Positions 11,490 to 21,042 of a stretch of 64,000 nt of DNA are shown here, piece by piece. Below the pieces are notes generated by a model. That model had not been told where the DNA came from. It saw nothing but the letters and a program-made list of their open reading frames with translations, and did not search any database. A program made the position numbers and the translations under genes. How positions within the stretch are numbered: the stretch's first letter is position 1; each line of letters opens with the position of its first letter. The DNA comes from an uncultured Chloroflexia bacterium. GTDB taxonomy: Bacteria; Chloroflexota; UBA6077; JACCZL01. The stretch is taken from positions 32,001 through 96,000 of the forward strand of contig CAVXYC010000018.1 of assembly GCA_963765765.1 (NCBI GenBank), read 5' to 3'.

Positions 11490-11640
11490 TTGATCCCGCG
11501 GGCCTATAGCACGCTCATCATGGCTTCCCTGATTGCGACGGAGCCGAGCAACGATGAGAATCCGAATGCTAAGAGCGGACCGCCGGTATAGTTCCATCTC
11601 AGGTTGATCAGTCAGCCGCGCTGGATGAGAGGTGGAGGCA

Positions 11641-12510
11641 ATGAAGTTTGGCGTGGGATTTCCACATGATCAGACGATGCTCGATCCGGGCGCCGTGCGT
11701 GCGCTTGCGCAGGCGATCGAGGGGCTCGGCTACAGCTTTCTCACCGCCTCGGACCATGTGGTCGGCGCGGATTTGACCAATCGGCCTGACTGGAAGCTAC
11801 CGCACTCGCTCGCCAACATCAACCGCGAGCCCCTGATGCTTCTGAGCTACATCGCGGCGTGTACAGAGCGGATTGTCCTGGGAACATCCGTCGTGATCAT
11901 GCCGCAGCGTCAAACTGCGCTGGTGGCCAAGCAGATGGCGGAGCTTGACATTCTGAGCGGCGGACGAGCCATGCTGGGTGTCGGCGTGGGTCGCGTGGAA
12001 CTGGAATACAAGACGCTCAACGAAGACTTCAAGACTCGCGGACGCCGACTCGAGCAGCAGATCAAGGTGCTTCGTGCATTCTGGACGGAGCGATCGGTTT
12101 CAATCGAAGACGAGTGGCACCATATCGATGCGGTCGGGATCAATCCGTTGCCAATCCAGCAGCCAATCCCTATCTGGATGGGAGCATCCGCGGAGCCTGC
12201 CCTGAAGCGGATTGCCCGACTAGCGGACGGATGGCTTCCCAGCAGCAGTACTGCCGCGGACTTCCCCAGTCTGCTCGAACGGTTTAAAGGGTGGATGCGT
12301 GAAGCTGGCCGTGACCCATCGTCCATAGCTATCGCGCCGCGCATGGAAGTCGATCCCTCGAATGCCAATTCCTGGGCTGAGCAGGTTCAAAGTTGGGACG
12401 CATTGGGCGTGACTCACCTCGGCGTCAACCTGGGCAGAGGTGTAAGCCAGTCCGTAGACGCACGAATCGACGTGCTGCGTCAGTTCGCCGAGACCGTGAA
12501 AATCAAATAG
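11641..12510 (+). CDS. LLM-class (probably F420-dependent) oxidoreductase
   Basis: SDHV, PQRQTALVAKQMAELDILSGGR, PIPIWMG, ARLADGW. Confidence 0.93.
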   Translation: MKFGVGFPHDQTMLDPGAVRALAQAIEGLGYSFLTASDHVVGADLTNRPDWKLPHSLANINREPLMLLSYIAACTERIVLGTSVVIMPQRQTALVAKQMAELDILSGGRAMLGVGVGRVELEYKTLNEDFKTRGRRLEQQIKVLRAFWTERSVSIEDEWHHIDAVGINPLPIQQPIPIWMGASAEPALKRIARLADGWLPSSSTAADFPSLLERFKGWMREAGRDPSSIAIAPRMEVDPSNANSWAEQVQSWDALGVTHLGVNLGRGVSQSVDARIDVLRQFAETVKIK

Positions 12511-12520
12511 CGCTGTTTAC

Positions 12521-12559
12521 CCATGAGTAGCAATGGCCAAAGGCCATTGCTACTCATGG
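12521..12559. terminator. Perfect 18-bp hairpin between convergent genes
   Basis: ccatgagtagcaatggcc-aaa-ggccattgctactcatgg. Confidence 0.75.
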
Positions 12560-12566
12560 ATGGGCG

Positions 12567-13784
12567 CTAGCTCGGAGTCTCCGCTTTCACCATCGAGTCA
12601 ATGCGATCGATCAGGTCCTTTGGCGTCTGCATGTACTCCGTCACGAGCTGCTGCAGGCGATCCCCCGGGATGTGATCGATATCGAATCTGAGCTGGGCGG
12701 CATCCTGCAAGAGCTCGGGGTCAGACATCGTCTCCGTCAACGCTGCTCGCATTCCAGCGAGCACGTTCGGAGGCGTCGACGGTGAGACGATGAACGGTCG
12801 AAACCACTCCAGCGGACGTTCAGTCAGTGTCAGGCTTTGACGCGCCTCGGGTGCCCCGTTTGCCATCAGCTCACGTGCAGCCGGAGCGTTTGCCAGTAAC
12901 GGGTCGTTGAGCTTCGGCCCTACCTGGACGAGCGGAACGATTGCGCCAGAGCGAAGGTCGTCACCCTTTTGCTGAAGGGCTGAGTCCCAGGGAAGAAACA
13001 TCGCATCGACCTCTCCGCGATCGATGCCCAGGGCAATCTCGCGAGTCCCTGTGTAGCCGAAGATCGGCGTACCGATCTGCCAGCCAAGTCCTTCGCGCAG
13101 TGTGAGGTTGATACGATGACCTACCCCGCCGGGGGACTGATCACCAATGCGAATAGACTTCCCGGCGAGATCCGCGCCGGCCCTAACTCCGGTTCGGCTG
13201 TGTACCAGGAGCACATAAGTGGTGGAGCCAGCCGAGCCCAGCCAATTGATCTTGGTTGCGTCGTACCGAATGGCCTCCCGCTCATCGCCAGCCTGGAGCT
13301 GGAACGTGGGAATGTCAGGGCTCACCTCGCCGATGTTGAGGCCATCGCCCGGAGCTTGATAGATCTGGTTCGTAGCTACCACGCTCACCGCACCGGGAAC
13401 ATTCTGCACGACCACTGTTGGCGTTCCCGGAAGGTGCCTTCCCAGGTGTCGAGCCACCAGCCGCGCCCATGCGTCATGACCGCCTCCGGGGGGCTGACCA
13501 ACAATCATGTTCACGGTTTTCCCCTGCCACACCGATGCGAGAGCGGGGTCAGGTCGGGCCGGTGCAGCCGCCGCGGCCTGCGGGGATGCGGCCGGTGACG
13601 CCGCTGGTGCAGCGCCTGGAGATGGCGCGGTCGCGGGCGATGAAGCTGCCGCCGGCGAAGTAGCTGCCGTCGGCTTAGCGGGTGCAGCCGTCGGCGCCGC
13701 GGCGGGACTTGCGCATGCCGCCAGGATCAGACTCAAGCCACCTAGCAGGGCCGAGCGCATCGTCAAACCATTCCATGTGCTCAC
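12567..13784 (-). CDS. Tripartite tricarboxylate transporter substrate-binding lipoprotein (TctC/Bug family)
   Basis: Lipobox LAAC, Ala/Pro linker, PPGGGHDAWAR, VVQNVPGA, RGEVDA. Confidence 0.9.
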   Translation of the reverse strand: MSTWNGLTMRSALLGGLSLILAACASPAAAPTAAPAKPTAATSPAAASSPATAPSPGAAPAASPAASPQAAAAAPARPDPALASVWQGKTVNMIVGQPPGGGHDAWARLVARHLGRHLPGTPTVVVQNVPGAVSVVATNQIYQAPGDGLNIGEVSPDIPTFQLQAGDEREAIRYDATKINWLGSAGSTTYVLLVHSRTGVRAGADLAGKSIRIGDQSPGGVGHRINLTLREGLGWQIGTPIFGYTGTREIALGIDRGEVDAMFLPWDSALQQKGDDLRSGAIVPLVQVGPKLNDPLLANAPAARELMANGAPEARQSLTLTERPLEWFRPFIVSPSTPPNVLAGMRAALTETMSDPELLQDAAQLRFDIDHIPGDRLQQLVTEYMQTPKDLIDRIDSMVKAETPS

Positions 13785-13895
13785 AGGCTATTAACTCACC
13801 TTCCGAATGAAATCAATAGCCGAGTGTACGAAATCTGGGAGTGACTGATCTGAATTGGTTCACTGGTTAGGAAGACATATGAGTCTGGGGAAGTT

Positions 13896-13933
13896 AGAAA
13901 GGGCCTCTGGCGCAAGCGCCAGTGGCCCTTTCT
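13896..13933 (-). terminator. Hairpin downstream of the bicupin gene
   Basis: agaaagggcctctggcgc-aa-gcgccagtggccctttct. Confidence 0.65.
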
Positions 13934-13952
13934 TACAACTAGAGGAGCGAGA

Positions 13953-15171
13953 TTACTTCTCGTCGCCCCAGGCGCCTGCCTTTGTCGGACCTTCGATGCC
14001 CGTGCAATACGGGATGTAGCCCTTCATCCGGACACTGGATGCCGCGCTCGGCGAGCTCTTTCTCGAAGATCTCGTGGACGATGCGCTCCTCGTCCTCGTA
14101 CTCAACCTGGATGCCGCCCTTCTTGACACTCAGATCGGCGGTGTTGCGGTCCGTGGCGTCATTGGCAGTCCATCGGCTCATGGCATAGCGACGAGCCGGG
14201 TGCACACCGAGAACGAGGTACTCAGCCGGGGTCGCGCCAACGTTGAAGTGCTGGTGCAGCCACGTGCCAGGGCCTGCGCCCGAGATGTACATGCTGCCCT
14301 CTTGCCAGTCGCACTTGACGAACTCCTCACCCTCGCGGCGCATGAGCACGTAGCCCTCACCCTGGGTGATGTAGAGGTGCGCTGTTGGGCCGTGCCAGTG
14401 ACCCTTCTTGTACGTGCCTGACTGGAAGCGGGACACGTGCGAGTTGATGGCGCCGCCAGCGAGCATGAAAAACGCGTTCGTTCCGCCGCCGCCGCGCTCT
14501 TTCCACTCCCAGAGTCGCATTTCGCGCATGTTGGGGACGAAGTTCGTCTCCCAGATGCGGCCGCGATACAGCTTGCCCTGGCCGTCGAAGTAGTTGCCCT
14601 CGCCACCGAAGCGATCTTTGAAGTCGTAGTCGCAACCGAAGACGAAGTCCTCATTGCCGTGGAACTGTCGAATGATCGCGGGGCAATTGGTGACCGAGAA
14701 GAACCGGCAGGGCTCCGTGCCGCTACCGTTGTGGTACTGCACAGTGGCGTTGAGTGGGATTGCGAAGAACGCGCCCTCGCCAAATTCAAACGTCGTCTTG
14801 GCGCCGTCTCTCTGCGAGATCGTGCACGCCCCGCGGCCGTTCAGAATGTAGACAGCCTCGTCGTACATGTGGTGCTCGGGGATGGTCGATTTTCCCGGGG
14901 GGATCTCGACGACGTGCTCGTCGGTGTTGTCATCGCCATCCAGGTAGCAGTGCGCGCCCAGCACGCCCTTGCGGGGCCAGGGGCCCACTTCCATCGTCTT
15001 GAGGTTGCGATGGTACACGCCACCAACCAGTGGCACGCCTTCCCTCTTGCGCCACTCCTGAAAGGTGTCGACTCTCTCCAGATACGGGGCCTCCGCGGCT
15101 TCACCCGTGTACTGGTTTTCATTCGTGAATATCTGGTTGGTATTCGCGTTAGTTACTGCATTAGATGCCAA
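13953..15171 (-). CDS. Long bicupin protein, paralog 1 (C-terminal frameshift near 14030)
   Basis: EHHMYDE, YKKGHWHGP, WLHQHFN; probable TTG start after GAGGAG; corrected end reads MKGYIPYCTG...GDEK*. Confidence 0.85.
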
Positions 15172-15451
15172 GGTGCTCTCCTCACTCCCCGTTTGCCCTC
15201 TGCGCGGGACTCCCACATCTGAGCGCACCGGGTTCGTATTTTGCTCGAATGTACCGAGTCTCAGCGCATCAGTCCTTTCGAATACTCGCCCTCCTCTGGC
15301 AGTCAAGAATAATTGGTCAGGTTCTACTCTAGTACGACAGGCCAAAGAGCGCAAATCCCCATCGTCAGCGTAATAAACATTCCAATGAGTTCAGTTGCCA
15401 GAGGCGCGGTCACGCGTTAGCCTTCTGAACACCGCAGACCAGGAGGCAGTC

Positions 15452-16546
15452 ATGAATCGTTATCGCGCCGACCAGGTTGGCAGTCTGCTACGACCGGCTT
15501 CGGTGCTCGCGGCCAGGGCGGCCCGCGAACGAGATGAGATCGGGCAGGCAGAGCTTCGACGGGTAGAGGACGCGGCGATCCTGGAGACGCTCGAGATGCA
15601 GCGCGCCACGGGCATCGACGTGCTTTCCGATGGCGAATTCCGGCGGGGAAGCTGGCTCACGTCCATGGCTCAGTCCGTGGAGGGGTTCGTGCCGGCAAGC
15701 ACGATGCTGCACTGGCACGGTCCCGGCGGCGGGGAGGAGGCCAGCACCTCTCAGATTGTCGGCGCGCCGCTACGCAAGCGGCAGCGGCTCACCGAGATCG
15801 AGTCTGGGTTCCTGGGCCAGTACGCCAACGGCCCGTACAAGGTGACCTTTCCCAGCCCAGCGGTGTTTCAGGTGTCCAGCTTCCGCTCCGGCGTCACCGA
15901 TCAGGTCTACCCAACTCGACGCGCCTTACTAGAAGCGCTGGCACCCATCGTTCGAGCCGAAATCGAGGCCCTGGTCGCTGAAGGGACCCCGTACATCCAA
16001 TTGGACGATCCGTTCTTGACTGTCTATCTCGATCCCGAGGTTCGAGAGCGCATGACTCGAGACGGCCGAAATCTCGAAGTAGAAATCCAGGATGGTATCG
16101 ACGTCGTCAACGCCTGCCTTGACGGCCTGGACCGCCCAAACACAGTGATAGGCTTGCACATTTGTCGCGGTAACTCGAAGAGCCGTTGGTTCACCAACGG
16201 CGGGTACGAGCCGATTGCCGATCGGGTGTTCAGCTCCTTGCACGTTGACCGATTCCTTCTGGAGTTCGACGACGAGCGCTCCGGTGGCTTCGAGCCGCTG
16301 CGCTTCATGCCCGCGGGGAAAACGGCGGTGTTAGGCCTTGTGACCACCAAGCGGCCAGACCTCGAGAGCATGGATGAGCTCCGTCGATCCATCGATCAGG
16401 CGGCCCGATACGCCACCATGGAAGATCTAGCACTCAGCCCGCAGTGCGGTTTTGCCTCGGTCGCAACAGGTAATCTCGTCTCGGCTGATGATCAGCGTCG
16501 CAAGCTGGAGCTAGTGGTGGAAACGGCAAGGTCAGTCTGGGGCTGA
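15452..16546 (+). CDS. Cobalamin-independent methionine synthase II family protein (single barrel)
   Basis: DQVGSLLRP, DGEFRR, HICRGN, LEFD, SPQCGF (Zn ligands); AGGAGG RBS. Confidence 0.93.
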   Translation: MNRYRADQVGSLLRPASVLAARAARERDEIGQAELRRVEDAAILETLEMQRATGIDVLSDGEFRRGSWLTSMAQSVEGFVPASTMLHWHGPGGGEEASTSQIVGAPLRKRQRLTEIESGFLGQYANGPYKVTFPSPAVFQVSSFRSGVTDQVYPTRRALLEALAPIVRAEIEALVAEGTPYIQLDDPFLTVYLDPEVRERMTRDGRNLEVEIQDGIDVVNACLDGLDRPNTVIGLHICRGNSKSRWFTNGGYEPIADRVFSSLHVDRFLLEFDDERSGGFEPLRFMPAGKTAVLGLVTTKRPDLESMDELRRSIDQAARYATMEDLALSPQCGFASVATGNLVSADDQRRKLELVVETARSVWG

Positions 16547-16656
16547 GGCGGGAGACATGCGGCCCGGGCGCCGGACGGTGCCCTTCCGCGGAGGATCTCC
16601 TGCCCCATAGCGCTTCCCTGGTAGGGTGCGGATACTGCCCGGTCGTGTTGGCGGCT

Positions 16657-16848
16657 CTATTGCCAGCAGGACTTTAGCCCGCACATCGTACAGACCAGGG
16701 TGCGATCCGGCTCCACGGTCGCCTGCGAGTCGGACTCGCGCTTCGCGGTGCTCACGAGCGTCGGGTTGGTCCGCGCATCATGCTCCGATTGTGTGGACCG
16801 AGCGTCGTCTTTCACCGAGGACGTGTGAGTGTGGCGACTCGCCATCAT
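16657..16848 (-). CDS. Small hypothetical protein with C-terminal CxxC-x4-C
   Basis: ATG directly follows the hydrolase stop (TGAATG); ends VCTMCGLKSCWQ. Confidence 0.4.
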   Translation of the reverse strand: MMASRHTHTSSVKDDARSTQSEHDARTNPTLVSTAKRESDSQATVEPDRTLVCTMCGLKSCWQ

Positions 16849-17586
16849 TCAGCTCGCCAGCGCGGGCGCATTGGCTCGCAGGAAGCTGCGAACACGCTCC
16901 GTGGCGCTTGCCACCGAAGCGTCATCACGCCAGTTCTCCACGCGCTCAATATCGGGGACGAGCGCTGCAATCTCATTCGACGTGCCTTTGGGGTGCGGCT
17001 TATCGTCGCCATCCAGGAGCAGCAACGGGGTTTGAACGGTTCTCAAGAACTCTCGATCCACACTGAAAGCGAATCCTGAGTCAAAGAGACCATGCCCGAA
17101 AGCGTCAACGTCCGCCATGGTGAACGAAGCGCCGTTCTGAATCAGGTTTTCACCCCACGGACGCCACATTGCTTCGCCAAAGTAGCCCGGATTGGTCTCG
17201 TCTTCGCCAATCGGTTGCATCAGCACACCCGCCACAATACGGTTAGGGTGCCGCTTCACCTGCTCGAGAATGAACGAGCAGCCGATGCAGCAGCCAATCA
17301 TCAGCGCCTTATCCACGCCCACGTCATCGAGCACCGCCACCTGGTCGTCGGCGTACATGCCCCAGGGATCGCGTGTGTCCAATGGCCCACTGGAGCGGTC
17401 GGCATTACGCTGATCCATCGCAATGACCTGGAACTCATCCTTGAAAAGCTCGAGCGGCCGAAGCGGAAGCCGCTCCCAGAAAGTAATCGTGGAATTCAGG
17501 CCGCCGGGCGCCAGCAAGAGAAGCGGAAAACCGCTGCCGTGGACTTCGTAGTAAATCTTTGCGCCATCGCGCTCGACGTAGGGCAT
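16849..17586 (-). CDS. Alpha/beta hydrolase
   Basis: IYYEVHGSGFPLLL, AMDQRN, nucleophile elbow GCCIG, DDKPH; GGAGG RBS. Confidence 0.92.
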   Translation of the reverse strand: MPYVERDGAKIYYEVHGSGFPLLLLAPGGLNSTITFWERLPLRPLELFKDEFQVIAMDQRNADRSSGPLDTRDPWGMYADDQVAVLDDVGVDKALMIGCCIGCSFILEQVKRHPNRIVAGVLMQPIGEDETNPGYFGEAMWRPWGENLIQNGASFTMADVDAFGHGLFDSGFAFSVDREFLRTVQTPLLLLDGDDKPHPKGTSNEIAALVPDIERVENWRDDASVASATERVRSFLRANAPALAS

Positions 17587-17671
17587 GGAACCACCTCCCC
17601 GATGCGGGTCAGCCTACCGGATCGAGAGAATGCACGCAATTGATGCAACCGCATTGGCAGAGCCCTGGAGG

Positions 17672-18745
17672 CTACAGTCCGTAGAGCGCTCGACCGTTGT
17701 CGTCCACGATCTTCTGGTACTGAGCTTCCGTGATCCCAGTGCGCTCTCGGAGGATCTGTAGGGCGTTCAGCTCGGTGGATGGATCGGTGTGACCGTAATC
17801 CGTCCCGATGACGAAGTTGTCGTCTCCGGCGTAGTCCAGGATGTACGGCACGTTGTCATCGACCTGAACCGTGACGAAGCAGTTCCATTGTTTCATCGGG
17901 TGCTCGGGTAGCTCCTCGCCACGCTGAGCAAAGCGCCGCACAAGATGCTTCACGGTGTATGGCACCCACTCCGCGGATGCCTCGATCCAGCCCCAGCGGA
18001 GCGTCGGGAACTGTTTCGGCACCTCGCTGCAGATCATCGCGTGGAATGCGCCCACTGTTCCCAGCCGCAGCGGCCAGAACCCGCCGCCAAAATGGTGCTG
18101 ACCCAGGAGGTCGTTGAACCAGGGATTGGCGCTGGCTACGTGCACGCCCATCGCCATGTTCAGCCGAACGGCCTCATCGAACATAGGGTAGAAGTACGGG
18201 TCGTGCATGAGCCGATTGCCCTCGAGCGGCCGCATGAACACCGCCACCGCCCCATGCTCATGGCACCAGCGTAGCTCTTCAAGGGACTCGCTCATACTGA
18301 GCAATGGCAGGACAGCCGTCCAGCGAAGTCGGTTGTCGCTCTGCTGCCAGATGTCCGCCATCCAGCGATTCCATCCCTGGCAAATGGCGATCTCGGCTCG
18401 GGGGTCATCGGTGACCTGCAGGATGAAGATGGTCGGGTAGAGCACCTGCACGTCGATACCGAGCTCATCCATGTGTCGAATGCGCACCGCCACGTTCTCC
18501 ATCTCGCGCGCTTCCTGCGGGCTTTCCATGTACCGACCGCCAACCCGGGTCAAAGCAGCGAACTTTTCGCTGGTCATCACCTGCCGGGCGAGGCCGCGAA
18601 TTTTGTCGCCCACCACCCAGTACTGAGTGCCGTCAGGACCATCGGGTGCCACAAGCTTCGGACGGTACTTGCGGTCGCCCGGCTCCATGAACTCCCAGGT
18701 CTGCTCCGATTCGACAACGTGCGCATCGCAATCAACGGTCGGCAT
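17672..18745 (-). CDS. Amidohydrolase_2 family protein
   Basis: DCDAHVVE, MDELGIDVQVLYP, FPTLRW, GTDYGH. Confidence 0.93.
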   Translation of the reverse strand: MPTVDCDAHVVESEQTWEFMEPGDRKYRPKLVAPDGPDGTQYWVVGDKIRGLARQVMTSEKFAALTRVGGRYMESPQEAREMENVAVRIRHMDELGIDVQVLYPTIFILQVTDDPRAEIAICQGWNRWMADIWQQSDNRLRWTAVLPLLSMSESLEELRWCHEHGAVAVFMRPLEGNRLMHDPYFYPMFDEAVRLNMAMGVHVASANPWFNDLLGQHHFGGGFWPLRLGTVGAFHAMICSEVPKQFPTLRWGWIEASAEWVPYTVKHLVRRFAQRGEELPEHPMKQWNCFVTVQVDDNVPYILDYAGDDNFVIGTDYGHTDPSTELNALQILRERTGITEAQYQKIVDDNGRALYGL

Positions 18746-18883
18746 GAGACACGTGCTCCTGGATCTCTAAGCTGCGCCCGCGGCAGGCTCCTAGCATACC
18801 TCGGGCGCAGTTTGATGGCGTGGCTCGCGGAATGCAGATGACCTCTCACGCGTTCTCCGAGGTAAGTCCCGGGAGGGAATGTC

Positions 18884-19357
18884 ATGTTTACGATCAAACG
18901 TTTAAACCACGCGGTGCTGTACGTCCGCGACGCTCAGCGAAGCCATCAGTTTTACCGCGATGTCATGGGATTCCAGGTAGTGGAATCTATGGGTGAGCAG
19001 GCGGTCTTTCTCCGCGCCAGTGGAAGTGACAATCACCACGATCTGGGCCTCTTTGGCATCGGCCACAACGCGCCGCCGCCAACGCGCGGTCAACAGGTGG
19101 GCCTCTACCACCTGGCCTGGGAAGTTGCTGAGATTGAGGATCTCGCAAGGGCCAGACAGACGCTGCTGGAAGCCGGCGCACTCAGCGGCGAATCCGACCA
19201 CGGCAACAGTCTGAGCCTCTACGCACAGGACCCGGATGGCAACGAGTTCGAAGTGTTCTGGATGGTCCCGCGTGAGGAATGGGAATCGCGTGGATTTGGC
19301 ACGCGGCGACTGGATCTTGAAGGCGAGTTGGCCAGGCGAACGAGCGCGGTTGCCTGA
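18884..19357 (+). CDS. VOC/glyoxalase family protein
   Basis: LNHAVLYV, HHDLGL, GLYHLAW, DPDGNEFE. Confidence 0.93.
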   Translation: MFTIKRLNHAVLYVRDAQRSHQFYRDVMGFQVVESMGEQAVFLRASGSDNHHDLGLFGIGHNAPPPTRGQQVGLYHLAWEVAEIEDLARARQTLLEAGALSGESDHGNSLSLYAQDPDGNEFEVFWMVPREEWESRGFGTRRLDLEGELARRTSAVA

Positions 19358-19362
19358 ATTTG

Positions 19363-19407
19363 CGCATCCGGTGGTGACGAGCATTTTGCCCGTCACCACC
19401 GGATGCT
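19363..19407. terminator. Hairpin between convergent genes
   Basis: gcatccggtggtgacgagca-ttt-tgcccgtcaccaccggatgc. Confidence 0.7.
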
Positions 19408-19412
19408 CTGGA

Positions 19413-20900
19413 CTACTTTGCTGAAGCGGGGAATACTAGCGACTTGATCACCACCGGCACCGCGCCAGACGCTGGTAGGAGCGCACCGATATCGATGTAG
19501 TCGAACTCGCGCAGCTCGATACCGTCGATGGAGACGACTTTCAAGTCCAGACCCATCTCTTCTCGGATGTGGATGCCCAGCAGACCGCCGATGTCGCCAT
19601 CATTCACCAGAACGAGCGGGTTCCCGCGATCAGTAATCCGTTTTAGCCCTCGCGTTACGCCAGAGCAGAAGTCATCCAGGCGCTGCCAGGTCGCTGAGCC
19701 GCGCCATTTGAACGCCAAAGCCACGGGCGTGTCGGTCTCCAGCAGATCGAAACGGGTCAGCGCATCCACGATTGCCCAATCAATCGCGTCCGGATCCAAC
19801 GTGTCGGTCTCGATCGAAATGATCGGCGCAACGACTGGCATATTCCGGAGCGGCACGACGTCGAGTGGCGAGAGAAAAATGGTGCTGCCGCTCACCTGGA
19901 TGGTGTATTGCGATGCGCCGATCACCGTGGCTCGAATACCTGCTGGCGGCTCGAACACCGTGAAACCCGTCTGGGCGAGCCTTGTCCGAATCTCCTCAGC
20001 CAGCACCATCCCAAGATCGTTGAACGCGGTCTTCTGGCGCTCGTAGACGAATTCTGACACGCCGCCTGAGAACGTTACCTCGTTGACCGGGCCGCGATAG
20101 CTGAGATTGGGCGTACGAGTGAGATGTGTACCTAGCGCTCCGTCAGGCCCAGGAATCGCCTTGAAGAGCTCATCAGTCATGTAGTGCGCCATCTTGCGCA
20201 TGCCATCGGTATCCAGGCTCCCGCCGACCTTCAGATCAAGTCCCACGGCTTCGCCGATCTGGCGGCCAGCGGGCTCCAATCGAACGATGGTCCCGCCCTC
20301 GTCATAGGCCACGAGTCGCGCGCCGACGTCGATAGCCGCCAGCTCCTCGGCGCGGCCTCGTCGGCAAACCACGAGCTTCGTGGTACCGCCGCCGATGTCA
20401 ACGTTGATCACCACGCCGTCTATCTCGCGGGAACGTTCGGCCGCGCCAGAGCCATATGCTGCCATCGTGGACTCGAGGTTATCGCCCGCGGAGACGGCTA
20501 CGAACTTTCCGGCTTCCTGGGAGAAGAGATCGCCGATCGATCGCGCGTTCTCGCGCAGCAGGGCCACTCCTGTAAGGATCAGTGCACCCGTATCGACGTC
20601 GGAGCGGTGCAATCGCGCCAGGTCATACTGACGTGAGATGAAGTAGCCAAGCTTGTTGCCGTCAATGGTGGTCTCGTCGATATACGGCGTGAATAGAATG
20701 TCTGACTCGTGCAGCACGCGGCGCTCCACGGTCTGGTAGCGGTTGTCCACACGCTCCAGAACGATGCGCGAGAACAGCAGATGGGAAGTGGACGAACCAA
20801 TGTCGACGCCCACGCTCGTAAGCTCAATGCGGTCTTCGGCGCCCATTTCGCGCTCAGGGGCGGTGAAGCCTCCCCTTGAGGCGGCGTCAGCCATGGTCAT
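19413..20900 (-). CDS. EutA-like reactivating-factor ATPase (ASKHA fold)
   Basis: SVGVDIGSSTS, TGALILTG, AGKFVAVSAGDNLES, NVDIGGGTT, FSGGV, IRATVIGA, PVVIKSL. Confidence 0.92.
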   Translation of the reverse strand: MTMADAASRGGFTAPEREMGAEDRIELTSVGVDIGSSTSHLLFSRIVLERVDNRYQTVERRVLHESDILFTPYIDETTIDGNKLGYFISRQYDLARLHRSDVDTGALILTGVALLRENARSIGDLFSQEAGKFVAVSAGDNLESTMAAYGSGAAERSREIDGVVINVDIGGGTTKLVVCRRGRAEELAAIDVGARLVAYDEGGTIVRLEPAGRQIGEAVGLDLKVGGSLDTDGMRKMAHYMTDELFKAIPGPDGALGTHLTRTPNLSYRGPVNEVTFSGGVSEFVYERQKTAFNDLGMVLAEEIRTRLAQTGFTVFEPPAGIRATVIGASQYTIQVSGSTIFLSPLDVVPLRNMPVVAPIISIETDTLDPDAIDWAIVDALTRFDLLETDTPVALAFKWRGSATWQRLDDFCSGVTRGLKRITDRGNPLVLVNDGDIGGLLGIHIREEMGLDLKVVSIDGIELREFDYIDIGALLPASGAVPVVIKSLVFPASAK

Positions 20901-20969
20901 CCTCCTCATAGGTACAAAGGGGTAACTAGAGTCCAGTTAGGATTTAAAGGGTCGGAATAGAGGAACGAA

Positions 20970-21038
20970 ATGAAGAATGCAGAATTAAGAATGAAGAATT
21001 ATCGCTTGGAGCTTCATTTCTAATTCTGCATTCTTCAT
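20970..21038. repeat. Inverted repeat built of 7-mer units
   Basis: Units tgaagaa/tgcagaa/ttaagaa/tgaagaa and their reverse complement; 27-bp arms with 2 mismatches. Confidence 0.8.
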
Positions 21039-21042
21039 CACG

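Noticed and set aside
19413-20900. Ethanolamine utilisation operon or microcompartment
   Set aside because: No eutBC or shell-protein genes in the window.
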